Notes under the pieces: generated by a model
Told to the model about the DNA's origin: nothing
The model's input: the letters and a program-made list of their open reading frames with translations, nothing else
Databases searched by the model: none
Shown here: positions 48,463-58,218 of the stretch, piece after piece
Position numbering within the stretch: the first letter of the stretch is position 1
Layout: each line of letters starts with the position of its first letter
Translations under genes and position numbers: made by a program
Virus record (IMG/VR): IMGVR_UViG_3300020248_000002
Source of the DNA: a virus
Strand: one strand, 5' to 3'
DNA length: 64,000 nt

Positions 48463-49566
48463 ATGCCTTTTACAACTGCAATTCCTGTGACCACACCTGA
48501 TATAGTCACATACTTAACAACAAACTTCGGCAATGAAGTATCTGTCAAAGAACTACTATCTGCTGCTGATGAGTTCCGTTGTTCACTAGCAACAATCAAG
48601 AAACGTCTTAAGACTTACAAAGTTGCTATTGGTAAGTGGAACCTATCTGTTAAAGAACTAGAGCAAACATTCAAAGCACCTGCTGCTACACCTGCTGTTC
48701 AGCAAGTACAATCTGTTCCTCGTTCAGAGCAAATACTTGTTCCAGAAATTGACCCTAACTATGTTCCTTTTGGTAACTTCACTGCTCTTAAAAAGATTAT
48801 CAGTTCAAACGTTTTCTATCCTACATTCATCTCTGGTCTATCTGGTAACGGTAAGACATTCGGTGTAGAACAAGCGTGTGCTCAACTCAAGAAAGACTTT
48901 GTAAGAGTCAACATCACAGTTGAGACAGATGAAGATGATCTTATCGGTGGTTTCCGTTTAGTCAATGGAGATACTGTATGGCACAATGGTCCAGTTATCG
49001 AAGCACTTGAAAGAGGTGCTATCCTTCTCCTTGATGAGATTGACCTAGCATCAAACAAAATTCTTTGCTTACAATCTGTACTAGAAGGTAAAGGTGTATT
49101 CCTTAAGAAACTAGGTAGGTATGTAAAACCTGCTAATGGATTCAATGTATTTGCAACTGCTAATACCAAAGGTAAAGGTTCTGACGATGGTAGATTCATC
49201 GGCACCAATGTTCTTAATGAAGCATTCCTTGAGAGATTTGCTATCACACTAGAGCAAGAGTATCCAACAGTTACTGTTGAGAATAAGATTCTTACTAAGA
49301 TCGCTACTGATCTAAAGATCAATGACAAAGACTTTGTATCTCGTCTATGTGATTGGGCACAGGTCATCCGTAAGACATTCAACGATGGAGGTATTGATGA
49401 AGTAATCTCTACTCGTAGACTTGTACACATTATGCGTGCATACTCAATCTTCAACAAGAAAGAAGATGCAATCAAGTACAGCATCAACAGATTCGATGAT
49501 GAGACTAAGCAAGCATTCTTAGAACTCTATGATAAGATAGATGTTGACTTCCAAAAGGAAGACTGA
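48463..49566 (+). CDS. cobS: CobS-like / MoxR AAA+ ATPase
   Basis: GLSGNGKT; LLLDEID; ATANTKGKG; NEAFLERF; STRRL. Confidence 0.9.
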   Translation: MPFTTAIPVTTPDIVTYLTTNFGNEVSVKELLSAADEFRCSLATIKKRLKTYKVAIGKWNLSVKELEQTFKAPAATPAVQQVQSVPRSEQILVPEIDPNYVPFGNFTALKKIISSNVFYPTFISGLSGNGKTFGVEQACAQLKKDFVRVNITVETDEDDLIGGFRLVNGDTVWHNGPVIEALERGAILLLDEIDLASNKILCLQSVLEGKGVFLKKLGRYVKPANGFNVFATANTKGKGSDDGRFIGTNVLNEAFLERFAITLEQEYPTVTVENKILTKIATDLKINDKDFVSRLCDWAQVIRKTFNDGGIDEVISTRRLVHIMRAYSIFNKKEDAIKYSINRFDDETKQAFLELYDKIDVDFQKED

Positions 49567-49572
49567 TATACT
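49544..49572 (+). promoter_or_regulatory. sigma70-type promoter TTGACT-N17-(TGn)TATACT
   Basis: Near-consensus with an extended -10; upstream of the gp45 operon. Confidence 0.7.
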
Positions 49573-49597
49573 AGGGGGGTATAAACCCCCTTTTATA

Positions 49598-49870
49598 ATG
49601 TTCAAGTATGAAGAGGACAAACTCCTCAAAGAAATTTACAAGTACATTGAAAAGACCTATGAAGGTCACTACTCAAATGGACAAGTACAAACTCTTGACA
49701 TTATAGAATCGGTCGGTGATGCTGAAGCATTCTGTAGAAGTAATATTTTAAAGTATGCTTCTCGTTACGACCGCAAGGGAACAGCAAGGAAGGACATTGT
49801 TAAAATCGTTCACTATGCTATACTCTTATTACATTTCTCTGATAAGTCCGACAACAATGACCCAAGTTAA
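49598..49870 (+). CDS. DUF3310-like hypothetical protein
   Basis: TYEGHY; FCRSNILKYASRY.RKG...DIVKIVHYA. Confidence 0.75.
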   Translation: MFKYEEDKLLKEIYKYIEKTYEGHYSNGQVQTLDIIESVGDAEAFCRSNILKYASRYDRKGTARKDIVKIVHYAILLLHFSDKSDNNDPS

Positions 49871-50528
49871 ATTAACTAAATCCACATTCAACACACTTAA
49901 AAATTTTGCGACGATCAACAAATCTATTGTTATCAATCCTGGTTCTAAAATCCGTACGATCAGTGTTAACAAAAACATATTTGCTTCTGCTGAAGTCGAA
50001 GAAGTCTTTCCTACACAAGTCCCCATTTATGACCTCGGTGTATTTCTCTCTGGTCTCTCGATGTTTGAGAACCCTATCTTTGATTTCAGTTCAGACAGTA
50101 AGGTTATCATCAAAGATGAATCGGGTGCAGAATCAAACTTCTTCTACAGCGACCCAGAACTCGTAGTACAACCTCCTAAAGATGGAGTTAAACTACCTGA
50201 CACTAAGACAGTTAAGTTTACTCTTAAACCTAATGTGTTAGATAATCTTCTACGTGCAGCATCAGTTTATGCAGTTCAAGATTTATGTTTATATTCCAAG
50301 AATGGTTCTCTTGTATTAACTGTATGTGATAAAAAGAATGAGACATCTAACAGTTATGAAGTGCCAGTAGGAACAACAACTGAAGATGATCTTTGCTATT
50401 GTTTTAAAGTAGAGAATCTTAGGTTGCAACCCGAAGAATATGATGTTACAATCTATGATAATAGATGTGCTCTATTTGATGCAGTGAATCGTGATCTGCA
50501 ATACTTTATCGCTCTTGAACCACAATGA
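49857..50528 (+). CDS. gp45: sliding clamp gp45
   Basis: LKNFATINKSI; IYDLGVFL; FKVENL; YFIALE. Confidence 0.92.
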   Translation: MTQVKLTKSTFNTLKNFATINKSIVINPGSKIRTISVNKNIFASAEVEEVFPTQVPIYDLGVFLSGLSMFENPIFDFSSDSKVIIKDESGAESNFFYSDPELVVQPPKDGVKLPDTKTVKFTLKPNVLDNLLRAASVYAVQDLCLYSKNGSLVLTVCDKKNETSNSYEVPVGTTTEDDLCYCFKVENLRLQPEEYDVTIYDNRCALFDAVNRDLQYFIALEPQ

Positions 50529-50803
50529 AACTTAAGAAACACGACACTCCAAAACCAACAGAAAATCCAGAACAACTGTTGGCAAGATTCGACAAACGTA
50601 TCAAACAACTCACTGCTAGAAAAGATGAGTTGCAAGGGTGGTATGATGAGTATGTAAAACTCGAACAAGATCTTACTAGACTTCAAGGATCAGTTGATGC
50701 AGTTACTTACATAGCAACTGGTAAACTTCCTGGAGACGGAAACCACGGTGGTATGAAAGATCACAAACCTGTAAAGCACGGTAAACTAGACGCACTCGAC
50801 TAG
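50525..50803 (+). CDS. hypothetical coiled-coil protein
   Basis: ATGA overlap; intact ORF within the operon. Confidence 0.65.
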   Translation: MKLKKHDTPKPTENPEQLLARFDKRIKQLTARKDELQGWYDEYVKLEQDLTRLQGSVDAVTYIATGKLPGDGNHGGMKDHKPVKHGKLDALD

Positions 50804-51265
50804 ATGAAAGAATTTGATTATGGACTCGATTATAAGTCTCTTGACTTTACAGACGAGAAAACTCGTGAACTTTATCGTATTGGAAGGGGAGAGCAAGGAG
50901 TTCTACTGGTTCGCCCTTATACTAACGACATATGTGCTCATTGGAGATTCAAAACTCCTGATGAAGCAGTAACATCATCCAATAAAATTTACTCGATGTA
51001 TCTCGATTACAGAGATGAAGAGGATTTTATTGGTATGGATATGTGTCGTAAATTTTTAGAGATGGGATTTACTAGGTCAAGACGTTATGCTAATCATAAA
51101 GATGGCAACAAATATGATGAGAATAAGAATGTCAAACCTCAAGAACCAGATCATCTGACTAATAAGTATGCTAAGTCGGCACAAATATTTAAAAAGATTA
51201 GAGACATTGTTGCTAAATGTGACACCTATGTTAGGATGAGAAAAGAATGGAGATCTAAAGAATGA
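50804..51265 (+). CDS. DUF4385-like protein
   Basis: YRIGRGEQGVLLVRPY; GMDMCRKFLEMGFTRSRRYANH. Confidence 0.8.
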   Translation: MKEFDYGLDYKSLDFTDEKTRELYRIGRGEQGVLLVRPYTNDICAHWRFKTPDEAVTSSNKIYSMYLDYRDEEDFIGMDMCRKFLEMGFTRSRRYANHKDGNKYDENKNVKPQEPDHLTNKYAKSAQIFKKIRDIVAKCDTYVRMRKEWRSKE

Positions 51266-51762
51266 ATATTTTTGTCACAGATGCTGACCCTGTAAAGTCA
51301 GCACAAGTATTACCTGACAAACACATTGTCAAGATGCCACTAGAAACTTGTCAAATGCTTTCTATTGTTGCATCAGAAAAGTGGGGTCACGGTTTCGGTG
51401 TTCTACCCAAGTTAGACGGTGCTCCATATAAAACAGACAAAGGTGCATTTCGTAATCATCCTTGTACAGTATGGGCACAGACATACTTTCGTTGGTTAAT
51501 AGAACACGGACTTGCCTTATGTGCAGAGTACACTCATCGTTATGGTAAGACACACAGTTGTCAATACACTATCGAGTGTGCTGATATTATATTTCCTGAT
51601 AGTCCTGCACCTACAAATTTTGTAAGAGCAATGTATGATGAGTTCAAGTACGATAATACTATCGACACTTTTACAGCATACAAAAGATACATTGCATCTA
51701 AACCTTGGGTGTGCGATAATTATCTTCGTAGACCAGAACGCAAACCTTCTTGGATTTCATAA
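51262..51762 (+). CDS. DenV-like pyrimidine-dimer DNA glycosylase family protein
   Basis: MNIF...DKHIVKMPLETCQML; NHPCTVW; EYTHRYGKTH. Confidence 0.7.
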   Translation: MNIFVTDADPVKSAQVLPDKHIVKMPLETCQMLSIVASEKWGHGFGVLPKLDGAPYKTDKGAFRNHPCTVWAQTYFRWLIEHGLALCAEYTHRYGKTHSCQYTIECADIIFPDSPAPTNFVRAMYDEFKYDNTIDTFTAYKRYIASKPWVCDNYLRRPERKPSWIS

Positions 51763-52703
51763 TGAGTAATTTTTTATGGGTTGAAAAATACAGACCCAAA
51801 ACTATTGATGAGTGTATTCTTCCAGAAAATATAAAAGATGTTTTAAATAAGTTTGTAGAGAAAGGAGAACTACCTAATCTATTACTATCAGGTCCTCCTG
51901 GGATTGGAAAGACCACTGTTGCTAAAGCAATGTGTGAACAGATTGGTGCAGACTATTATGTAATCAATGGATCTGATGAAGGTAGATTCTTAGACACTGT
52001 TAGAAACAATGCAAAGAATTTTGCATCTACTATGTCTCTAGCATCTTCTGCAAAACATAAAGTAATTATTATTGATGAAGCAGATAATACTACTCACGAT
52101 GTTCAACTTTTACTTAGAGCATCTATAGAAGAGTTTAGTAGTAACTGTAGATTTATTTTTACTTGTAACTATAAGAATAAAATTATAGAACCATTGCATT
52201 CAAGATGTAGTGTAATTGATTTCTCAATCACAGGTAAAGAGAAAGCAACTATAGCAGCAGGATTTTTTACTAGCATAAAAACTATACTAGATAAAGAGCA
52301 CGTAGGTTATGAACCTAAAGTTGTTGCTGCTTTAGTACAGAAATATTTTCCTGACTTTAGAAGAACACTTAATGAACTACAAAGATATTCTTCTATTGGA
52401 CAAATTGATACAGGTGTTCTTGCTGTACAGCAATCAACTAATCTAAATGATCTAGTATCTTATTTAAAAACAAAAGAGTTTACTAAGATGCGTAAGTGGG
52501 TTGTATCTAACTTAGATAACGATCCTAATTCTATTATGAGAACTATCTATGATTCTCTGTATGATCATTTACAACCACAAAGTATTCCACAGGCAGTTCT
52601 AATTATTGCTGACTATCAATACAAAACTGCATTTGTTGCAGATCAAGAGATTAACTTAGTTGCGTTCCTAACCGAAATGATGATGCAATGTCAATACAAG
52701 TAG
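51762..52703 (+). CDS. gp44: clamp loader subunit gp44
   Basis: WVEKYRP; GPPGIGKTT; IIDEAD; SRC; FPDFRR. Confidence 0.95.
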   Translation: MSNFLWVEKYRPKTIDECILPENIKDVLNKFVEKGELPNLLLSGPPGIGKTTVAKAMCEQIGADYYVINGSDEGRFLDTVRNNAKNFASTMSLASSAKHKVIIIDEADNTTHDVQLLLRASIEEFSSNCRFIFTCNYKNKIIEPLHSRCSVIDFSITGKEKATIAAGFFTSIKTILDKEHVGYEPKVVAALVQKYFPDFRRTLNELQRYSSIGQIDTGVLAVQQSTNLNDLVSYLKTKEFTKMRKWVVSNLDNDPNSIMRTIYDSLYDHLQPQSIPQAVLIIADYQYKTAFVADQEINLVAFLTEMMMQCQYK

Positions 52704-53275
52704 GATATATTCCAAGAGACATATCAGATTTTATGTATGAGGTCTTGTGCAGAGATAATACCTTTCCGTGGTTTTATCAAGAGCAGACCTCATTTTATAA
52801 TGGCACTGCTGAAGTATTACAGTTAGATGGTTATGAAGAACATCCATACTTTGCACACACTATTGTTACTGACAATCAGATAAAGTCAAACGCATATGAT
52901 ATTGTGTTTGATAAATTTTGGAAGTGGATGGTAAAAAATGTTGACGGAGATTTTGGTGAGTTAATTCGTGTACGTGCAGCAAAGACTATGAAGAATAAAG
53001 TGCCACCTACACAACCACACGTTGACGCACCGTTTGGACATTGGGTTATGATTTACTATTGTGATAATAGCGATGGTCCAACTACGATATATAAAGAACG
53101 GTATGGTGAAAATCCAGAGAACGTCAGACCTAAACAATACATAGATCCTGAGAAAGGAAAGTATGTAATCTTTGATGGTCGTATGTATCACTCTGGTAAT
53201 GCACCTAGAAAACATTCTTCAAGAACTATCTTGAACATTAATTATTATGGACACACACGAATTCTTCCCAGTTAA
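52688..53275 (+). CDS. 2OG-Fe(II) oxygenase (HxD type)
   Basis: PHVD; IYY; FDG..YHSG; RTILNIN. Confidence 0.78.
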   Translation: MSIQVGYIPRDISDFMYEVLCRDNTFPWFYQEQTSFYNGTAEVLQLDGYEEHPYFAHTIVTDNQIKSNAYDIVFDKFWKWMVKNVDGDFGELIRVRAAKTMKNKVPPTQPHVDAPFGHWVMIYYCDNSDGPTTIYKERYGENPENVRPKQYIDPEKGKYVIFDGRMYHSGNAPRKHSSRTILNINYYGHTRILPS

Positions 53276-53855
53276 GTTTTATTCATTTGATAATAAAGAT
53301 TTAGTAGAACCTACTTTACAGACCCTTATGGAATGTGAACGTGGGTTATTTAATATTCCTAATACTGTAGAGACTACTAAAGGTGATTTATTTGAGAGAG
53401 AAGAATTTAAGGACATACATAAATGGTTTGAAAAATGTTTGAATGATATAAAAACTGAAGAACAATTACAGTTTGAAGGTGACTTCAAGGTCTGTATGTC
53501 TTGGGGAAATGTAAGTGGACCTGATAGCGGTGGTTGTCATCAAGCACATAGGCATCCGTTTTCATACCTGTCTGGTATCTATTACCTCACAGAAGGGTCT
53601 CCTACGGTCTTCCAGGACCCTCTGACACCACGTACGATGAATCAACTAGAGATAATAAGTGGAACATATGAGAATGCTGTAGCGATAGAACCAACTGTAG
53701 GTCAACTATTGATCTGGCCAAGTTGGATGATTCATTGGTCTGTACCACATCACGGTCCAGAACCACGTGCTGTTATTGCTTGGAATGCTCTACCTGATGG
53801 TGGTATTAACTTTGGTCCTTATGGACAGAATATGGTAAACCTAAAAGTAAACTAA
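53247..53855 (+). CDS. 2OG-Fe(II) oxygenase (HxH type)
   Basis: SWGN; HRHP.SYLSGIYY; WPSWMIH; RAVIAWN. Confidence 0.8.
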   Translation: MDTHEFFPVKFYSFDNKDLVEPTLQTLMECERGLFNIPNTVETTKGDLFEREEFKDIHKWFEKCLNDIKTEEQLQFEGDFKVCMSWGNVSGPDSGGCHQAHRHPFSYLSGIYYLTEGSPTVFQDPLTPRTMNQLEIISGTYENAVAIEPTVGQLLIWPSWMIHWSVPHHGPEPRAVIAWNALPDGGINFGPYGQNMVNLKVN

Positions 53856-54391
53856 TGATCTTAACTCCTTTCGGTCCTAAAATTTATCACGGTAGAATAG
53901 ATGAAGATGTAAGACTAGACTTACTAAGATATGCTTTTGATGCAGAACCATCACAGGATGCGTCTGGTATATTAGCAGGTCAACTAGAAGAACAATTTTA
54001 TATCTATCCAAGTAAACGTGATTTAGATGAATTGCGTAAACACATTGGCACATATACTAATCAAAATTATATTGATATAGAACCTATATGGGTAAACTTT
54101 CAACGTGCAGATGATTGGCAACCTGTACATAATCACGCAGGTGAATTTAGTTTTGTAGTTTATGTAGATATTCCACCTGGAATGTATGATGAACCAGAGA
54201 TAGCAGGTTCGATCGTGTTTAACTATGGAGAACAGTTACCACACGCAAGGTGTCAGTATGGTCCAATCAAACCACAGGTAGGTGACATTTATATTTTTCC
54301 TGCTTGGTTAAAACATTATGTGTATCCCTACAAATCTACTGGACAAAGAGTGTCAGTTAGTGGTAATATAATAACAAGATTAAATTCATAA
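53855..54391 (+). CDS. 2OG-Fe(II) oxygenase (HxH type)
   Basis: WVNFQ; HNH..FSFVVY; FPAWLKHYVYP; RVSVSGN. Confidence 0.8.
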   Translation: MILTPFGPKIYHGRIDEDVRLDLLRYAFDAEPSQDASGILAGQLEEQFYIYPSKRDLDELRKHIGTYTNQNYIDIEPIWVNFQRADDWQPVHNHAGEFSFVVYVDIPPGMYDEPEIAGSIVFNYGEQLPHARCQYGPIKPQVGDIYIFPAWLKHYVYPYKSTGQRVSVSGNIITRLNS

Positions 54392-55218
54392 TGAAATCAT
54401 TGAAGACTCCTCTTAGGTATCCTGGTGGAAAGTCAAGAGTAGCACCAATGCTCGTGGACAAGATGCCACGTATGACAGAATATCGAGAACCTTTTCTTGG
54501 TGGTGGTTCTACTGCTATAGAATTTACAAAAAGATATAGAGATATACCTGTATGGGTAAATGACTTATACGTTCCTTTGTATAATTTCTGGACTATCTTA
54601 CAAGAAGATTATGATACTTTATCTGATGCCCTAATGGGATTGAAGATGAATCACGATACTCCTGAGAAAGCAAGAGAACTATATCACGCAGCAAAGACTA
54701 GAGTTAATGACTCTGATATGTTTTTGTCTGCTGTTTACTTTTGGGTAATGAATAAATGTTCCTACTCAGGTCTAACAGAGAACTCATCATTTTCACCACA
54801 GGCATCAGTACAGAATTTCACTAAGAAAGGTATTAAGAACTTACCTTACTATGGAGAACTGATTCAAGATTGGAAGATAACTAACTTAGATTATAATTCT
54901 TGTTTTGGTGGTGATGCTTTTCTCTTCTTAGATCCTCCATATGATATAAAAGATTTTTTATATGGTGGTAAAGGTGGAACAATGCACAAAGGTTTTGACC
55001 ACAGACAGTTTGCATATAATTGTGCAGAGACAACTAACAACTGGATGATCACATATAACATCAATGAAAACATTGAAGAACTATTCAAAAGTTATAATAT
55101 AGAAAAATATTCTATTACGTATGGAATGCAACACAGAGAAGACAATACTAGAAAGAAGGAACTTTTAATTACTAACTATAGTATAAAATCACCATTGGAG
55201 GAGTTATTCGTTGATTGA
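54391..55218 (+). CDS. dam: DNA adenine methyltransferase (Dam/D12 class)
   Basis: LRYPGGKS; EPFLGGGS; LDPPY; ELLITNY. Confidence 0.9.
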   Translation: MKSLKTPLRYPGGKSRVAPMLVDKMPRMTEYREPFLGGGSTAIEFTKRYRDIPVWVNDLYVPLYNFWTILQEDYDTLSDALMGLKMNHDTPEKARELYHAAKTRVNDSDMFLSAVYFWVMNKCSYSGLTENSSFSPQASVQNFTKKGIKNLPYYGELIQDWKITNLDYNSCFGGDAFLFLDPPYDIKDFLYGGKGGTMHKGFDHRQFAYNCAETTNNWMITYNINENIEELFKSYNIEKYSITYGMQHREDNTRKKELLITNYSIKSPLEELFVD

Positions 55219-55729
55219 AGTTATAGATGATTTTTTTCCGAGACGTTTAGTAAATGAAGCATACTACTATCTTGATTCATATAACAACTGGGATCACCTA
55301 GCAGATTCTCCTGAGAACCAACACGCATATACTTTAGGCAAGTCGTTTGATTATCCAAACTTTGAACCAATAGGTAATAAGTTTTTAGATGTTATAGATG
55401 TGCCAGTAAAGAAATGTTTGTATAATTGTTTTAGACACGAAGACTGTCCTAAACCTCACGTTGACTCTCAAGTAGAACAGGGTGTAACATATCTGATATA
55501 TGTCAATCCTGATTGGAACATTACTATGGGAGGAGAAACACTCTTTATAGATAATGAAACAGATGAGATTATAAAGTCAGTTCTTCCTAGACCAGGTAGA
55601 ATGATTAAGTTTCAATCTATCATTCCACATATGGCAAGACCTCCTGTAAGGGATGCTTTTCCCAGACGATATAGTCTTGTCTTCCAAACACATCCAACAG
55701 ATTCATTCTCTCTCGGAGATATATTATGA
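55211..55729 (+). CDS. 2OG-Fe(II) oxygenase (prolyl-hydroxylase-like, HxD)
   Basis: PHVD; LIYVNPDW...GGETLF; PHMARPP; RYSLVF. Confidence 0.8.
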   Translation: MIEVIDDFFPRRLVNEAYYYLDSYNNWDHLADSPENQHAYTLGKSFDYPNFEPIGNKFLDVIDVPVKKCLYNCFRHEDCPKPHVDSQVEQGVTYLIYVNPDWNITMGGETLFIDNETDEIIKSVLPRPGRMIKFQSIIPHMARPPVRDAFPRRYSLVFQTHPTDSFSLGDIL

Positions 55730-56124
55730 GCAAACGTGACGACTATCCTTTAAAGGATTATTTGAATAGTATTAATCACACTAAAGAAAATTTATTAGAA
55801 CGTGAAGGTGACTGGGATAAGAACTATCCTCCATTCATTGTAAACAAATGTCTTAGCGGTTTTATAGATACAGTTCTATATGCTAATGAAATGAATGCGA
55901 ATTTTAACTTAGATAAAGATCTACAATATTCCTTTTATCTAAATAGCCTTAGGAAGAAACGACGTTTCTCACCTTGGGAAAGAAAGGAGAAAATAAAAGA
56001 CTTTGAACTTGTAAAGAGTTTCTTTAAATACTCTGATGAAAAAACCAAGGATGCGTTGAGGATTCTAACAAAGGATCAAATTGATTTGATTAAACTTAAA
56101 ATGGATACAGGAGGCAGAAGATGA
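55726..56124 (+). CDS. gp62: clamp loader subunit gp62
   Basis: YLNSIN; YPPFIVNKCLS; ANEMN; LRKKRRFSPW. Confidence 0.9.
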   Translation: MSKRDDYPLKDYLNSINHTKENLLEREGDWDKNYPPFIVNKCLSGFIDTVLYANEMNANFNLDKDLQYSFYLNSLRKKRRFSPWERKEKIKDFELVKSFFKYSDEKTKDALRILTKDQIDLIKLKMDTGGRR

Positions 56125-56552
56125 CTGACGAGAACGTAGAAATCTCGTGGAGTCCTGAGCAAATGGTAGAGGTGACTTTACGTCAACCTGATGATTTCCT
56201 CAAGGTAAGAGAGACACTAACAAGAATTGGAGTTGCTTCTCGTAAAGAGAAAAAACTATTTCAGTCTTGCCATATATTACATAAGAAAGGTAAGTATTAT
56301 ATTGTTCACTTCAAAGAACTATTTGCTTTAGATGGTAAGCATTCTAATCTAACAACTAATGATGTACAACGTAGGAATCGTATTACAAAACTGTTGTCTG
56401 ATTGGGGTTTAGTTGTAATGGTAGATGAGAATAGAGTCGAAGATATTGCACCTTTAAATCAAATCAAGGTTATTTCTTTTAGAGATAAGAAGGAGTGGAT
56501 CTTAGAATCTAAGTATAATATCGGTAAAAAGAAAACTACGGAGGAATCTTAA
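56121..56552 (+). CDS. regA: translational repressor RegA
   Basis: DDFLKVRETLTRIGVAS; QSCHILHKKGKYYIVHFKELF. Confidence 0.95.
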   Translation: MTDENVEISWSPEQMVEVTLRQPDDFLKVRETLTRIGVASRKEKKLFQSCHILHKKGKYYIVHFKELFALDGKHSNLTTNDVQRRNRITKLLSDWGLVVMVDENRVEDIAPLNQIKVISFRDKKEWILESKYNIGKKKTTEES

Positions 56553-56723
56553 TTGTACGAAACAGATGAACTAGGAGAGATAGTAAGAGATTTTGCTAAG
56601 AGGATTGAGTATGTGTGTGCAATGGAAATGTCAGGTAAGATAACACAGGAAGTTGCATACGAAAGAATAAGGACTGAGTGGAAACATCTAAAGAAAACTA
56701 GAAAATTTTTGGTGTCTAAATAG
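56553..56723 (+). CDS. 56-aa protein resembling a small cyanobacterial family (not in ORF track)
   Basis: GGAGG SD, TTG start; FAKRIEYVCAMEMSGKITQEVAYERIRTEWKHLKK. Confidence 0.6.
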   Translation: MYETDELGEIVRDFAKRIEYVCAMEMSGKITQEVAYERIRTEWKHLKKTRKFLVSK

Positions 56724-56744
56724 GGTTAGTCACCCTAAATTGTA

Positions 56745-57140
56745 ATGGCAGAAGTAAAAGAAAAACCTAAAGGTCCTATAGGTAAACTTAAAGAAGTTGC
56801 AGAAGACAAAGAAGAGCAACTAATGTACTTAGCGACACTGATAAGAGTGATCGTTCTCGTGTGGTCAGCAGGAATTTTAACTTTGAACTACGTTAAAATA
56901 CCAGGTTATGATGCAGGAGAAAAGATTGATCCAACTTTCATAGCTTCAGTGTTTACAGGAACTTTGGCAACTTTCGGTGTCCAGACTGGGGGTAAGAAAA
57001 AGAAAGGTGATGGTAGTGGAGATGCAAACATATCTAAAAAAGATATGGAGTTTCTTATTGCCAAGGCATCAGAGACTGCTCCTGCACAGACTATAAGAAT
57101 AGAGTCAGCACCTATAAAAATTACTCCTGATTCAAAATGA
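56745..57140 (+). CDS. two-TM membrane protein
   Basis: Two hydrophobic segments; DPTFIASVFTGTLATFGV. Confidence 0.7.
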   Translation: MAEVKEKPKGPIGKLKEVAEDKEEQLMYLATLIRVIVLVWSAGILTLNYVKIPGYDAGEKIDPTFIASVFTGTLATFGVQTGGKKKKGDGSGDANISKKDMEFLIAKASETAPAQTIRIESAPIKITPDSK

Positions 57141-57682
57141 AGTGGTTTAGTCTAGGTCTAGGTGTTCTGTTGGGTGTATCCCACATAGGAATGATTGGTA
57201 TGATTGCAAGACGACAAGGAAATGGATTTCCTAATATCAATATACCAGTAGGAAACTATACTTCTTATCACGCAGAAGTAAGTAAAGAAGGTTATAAGAT
57301 TTCTTATAGAGCAAATGATCCAAAGATAATGTATAAGACTTCTACAATAAAAGAGAAGGCAGGATTCTTAGGATTGGCAAATAATACTAAAGATATAGCA
57401 GAACAATTCACAATGGAAGGTGATACACATATAAGTGGTAGTGTTAATAAACAAGACAACCCTACTGCTAGTAATAAATCAGAAGCGTGTATTGAAGCGG
57501 TTGGTGCTGCAAAAGGAACTGGAAGACTTGTAGGCACTAGCGTTGGTGCTGCTGCTGCTCCTACTCTTAGTAGTATTCCTTTTGTAGGTTGGGTTGCAGC
57601 AGGTTGGGTAGCGATGTTCGGTGGCGACCAAGGTGCAAACATTGGTGGTAATATGGCAGAAGACCTAAATAAAAATTGTTAG
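57137..57682 (+). CDS. membrane protein with C-terminal glycine zipper
   Basis: N-terminal hydrophobic helix; GRLVGTSVGAAA...GWVAAGW..MFGG..GANIGG. Confidence 0.7.
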   Translation: MKWFSLGLGVLLGVSHIGMIGMIARRQGNGFPNINIPVGNYTSYHAEVSKEGYKISYRANDPKIMYKTSTIKEKAGFLGLANNTKDIAEQFTMEGDTHISGSVNKQDNPTASNKSEACIEAVGAAKGTGRLVGTSVGAAAAPTLSSIPFVGWVAAGWVAMFGGDQGANIGGNMAEDLNKNC

Positions 57683-57691
57683 GATTAAATT

Positions 57692-57901
57692 ATGTTTTCA
57701 GTATTAAACGTAGTAGAAGCGTGGAACGAAATCTCTTGGGCAGATGCAGTTCCTTTTACACTTGTTCTTATAGGTCTTTACTGGGTAAAGGTAAAGATAG
57801 ATACATCACTTGGATCTATTAATAAGAAGCAAGCAAAACAATTAAAGAGAATCATTCGAGAAGCAATCGATGAATCTGAATTAATAGATAAAACAAAATG
57901 A
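57692..57901 (+). CDS. single-TM hypothetical protein
   Basis: AVPFTLVLIGLYWV helix. Confidence 0.6.
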   Translation: MFSVLNVVEAWNEISWADAVPFTLVLIGLYWVKVKIDTSLGSINKKQAKQLKRIIREAIDESELIDKTK

Positions 57902-58218
57902 TATTCTGGATTGGTTTTTTTGTTATGTTCTTCAACGAAGGATTCGTGATGATGCGTCACGTGTCACCGTGGTTTGCAAAACAAAGAGAAAGAGTCATTA
58001 ACAAATTAGGAGAGAATGTGTGGTATCGTCTTCACGGTACGTTAGATTACACTTGGATTGGACTTGTAACACTTGGTCTAATAGTAAACTCTAACAGACT
58101 ACTACACATATCAGTACTAGCAATTTTTTGGATTGGTTCTTTCGTAGTATTTTATTTACCGAGATGGAAAAGAAAAAGACGTTACTTAAATTTGAAAAAC
58201 AATTTGGGAAAGGAGTAG
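57898..58218 (+). CDS. multi-TM hypothetical protein
   Basis: Three hydrophobic segments and a basic C-terminal tail. Confidence 0.6.
   Translation: MIFWIGFFVMFFNEGFVMMRHVSPWFAKQRERVINKLGENVWYRLHGTLDYTWIGLVTLGLIVNSNRLLHISVLAIFWIGSFVVFYLPRWKRKRRYLNLKNNLGKE

Noticed and set aside
46190-49566. Cobalamin biosynthesis operon
   Set aside because: No cobN or other cob genes are present; the cobS label reflects MoxR family similarity only.
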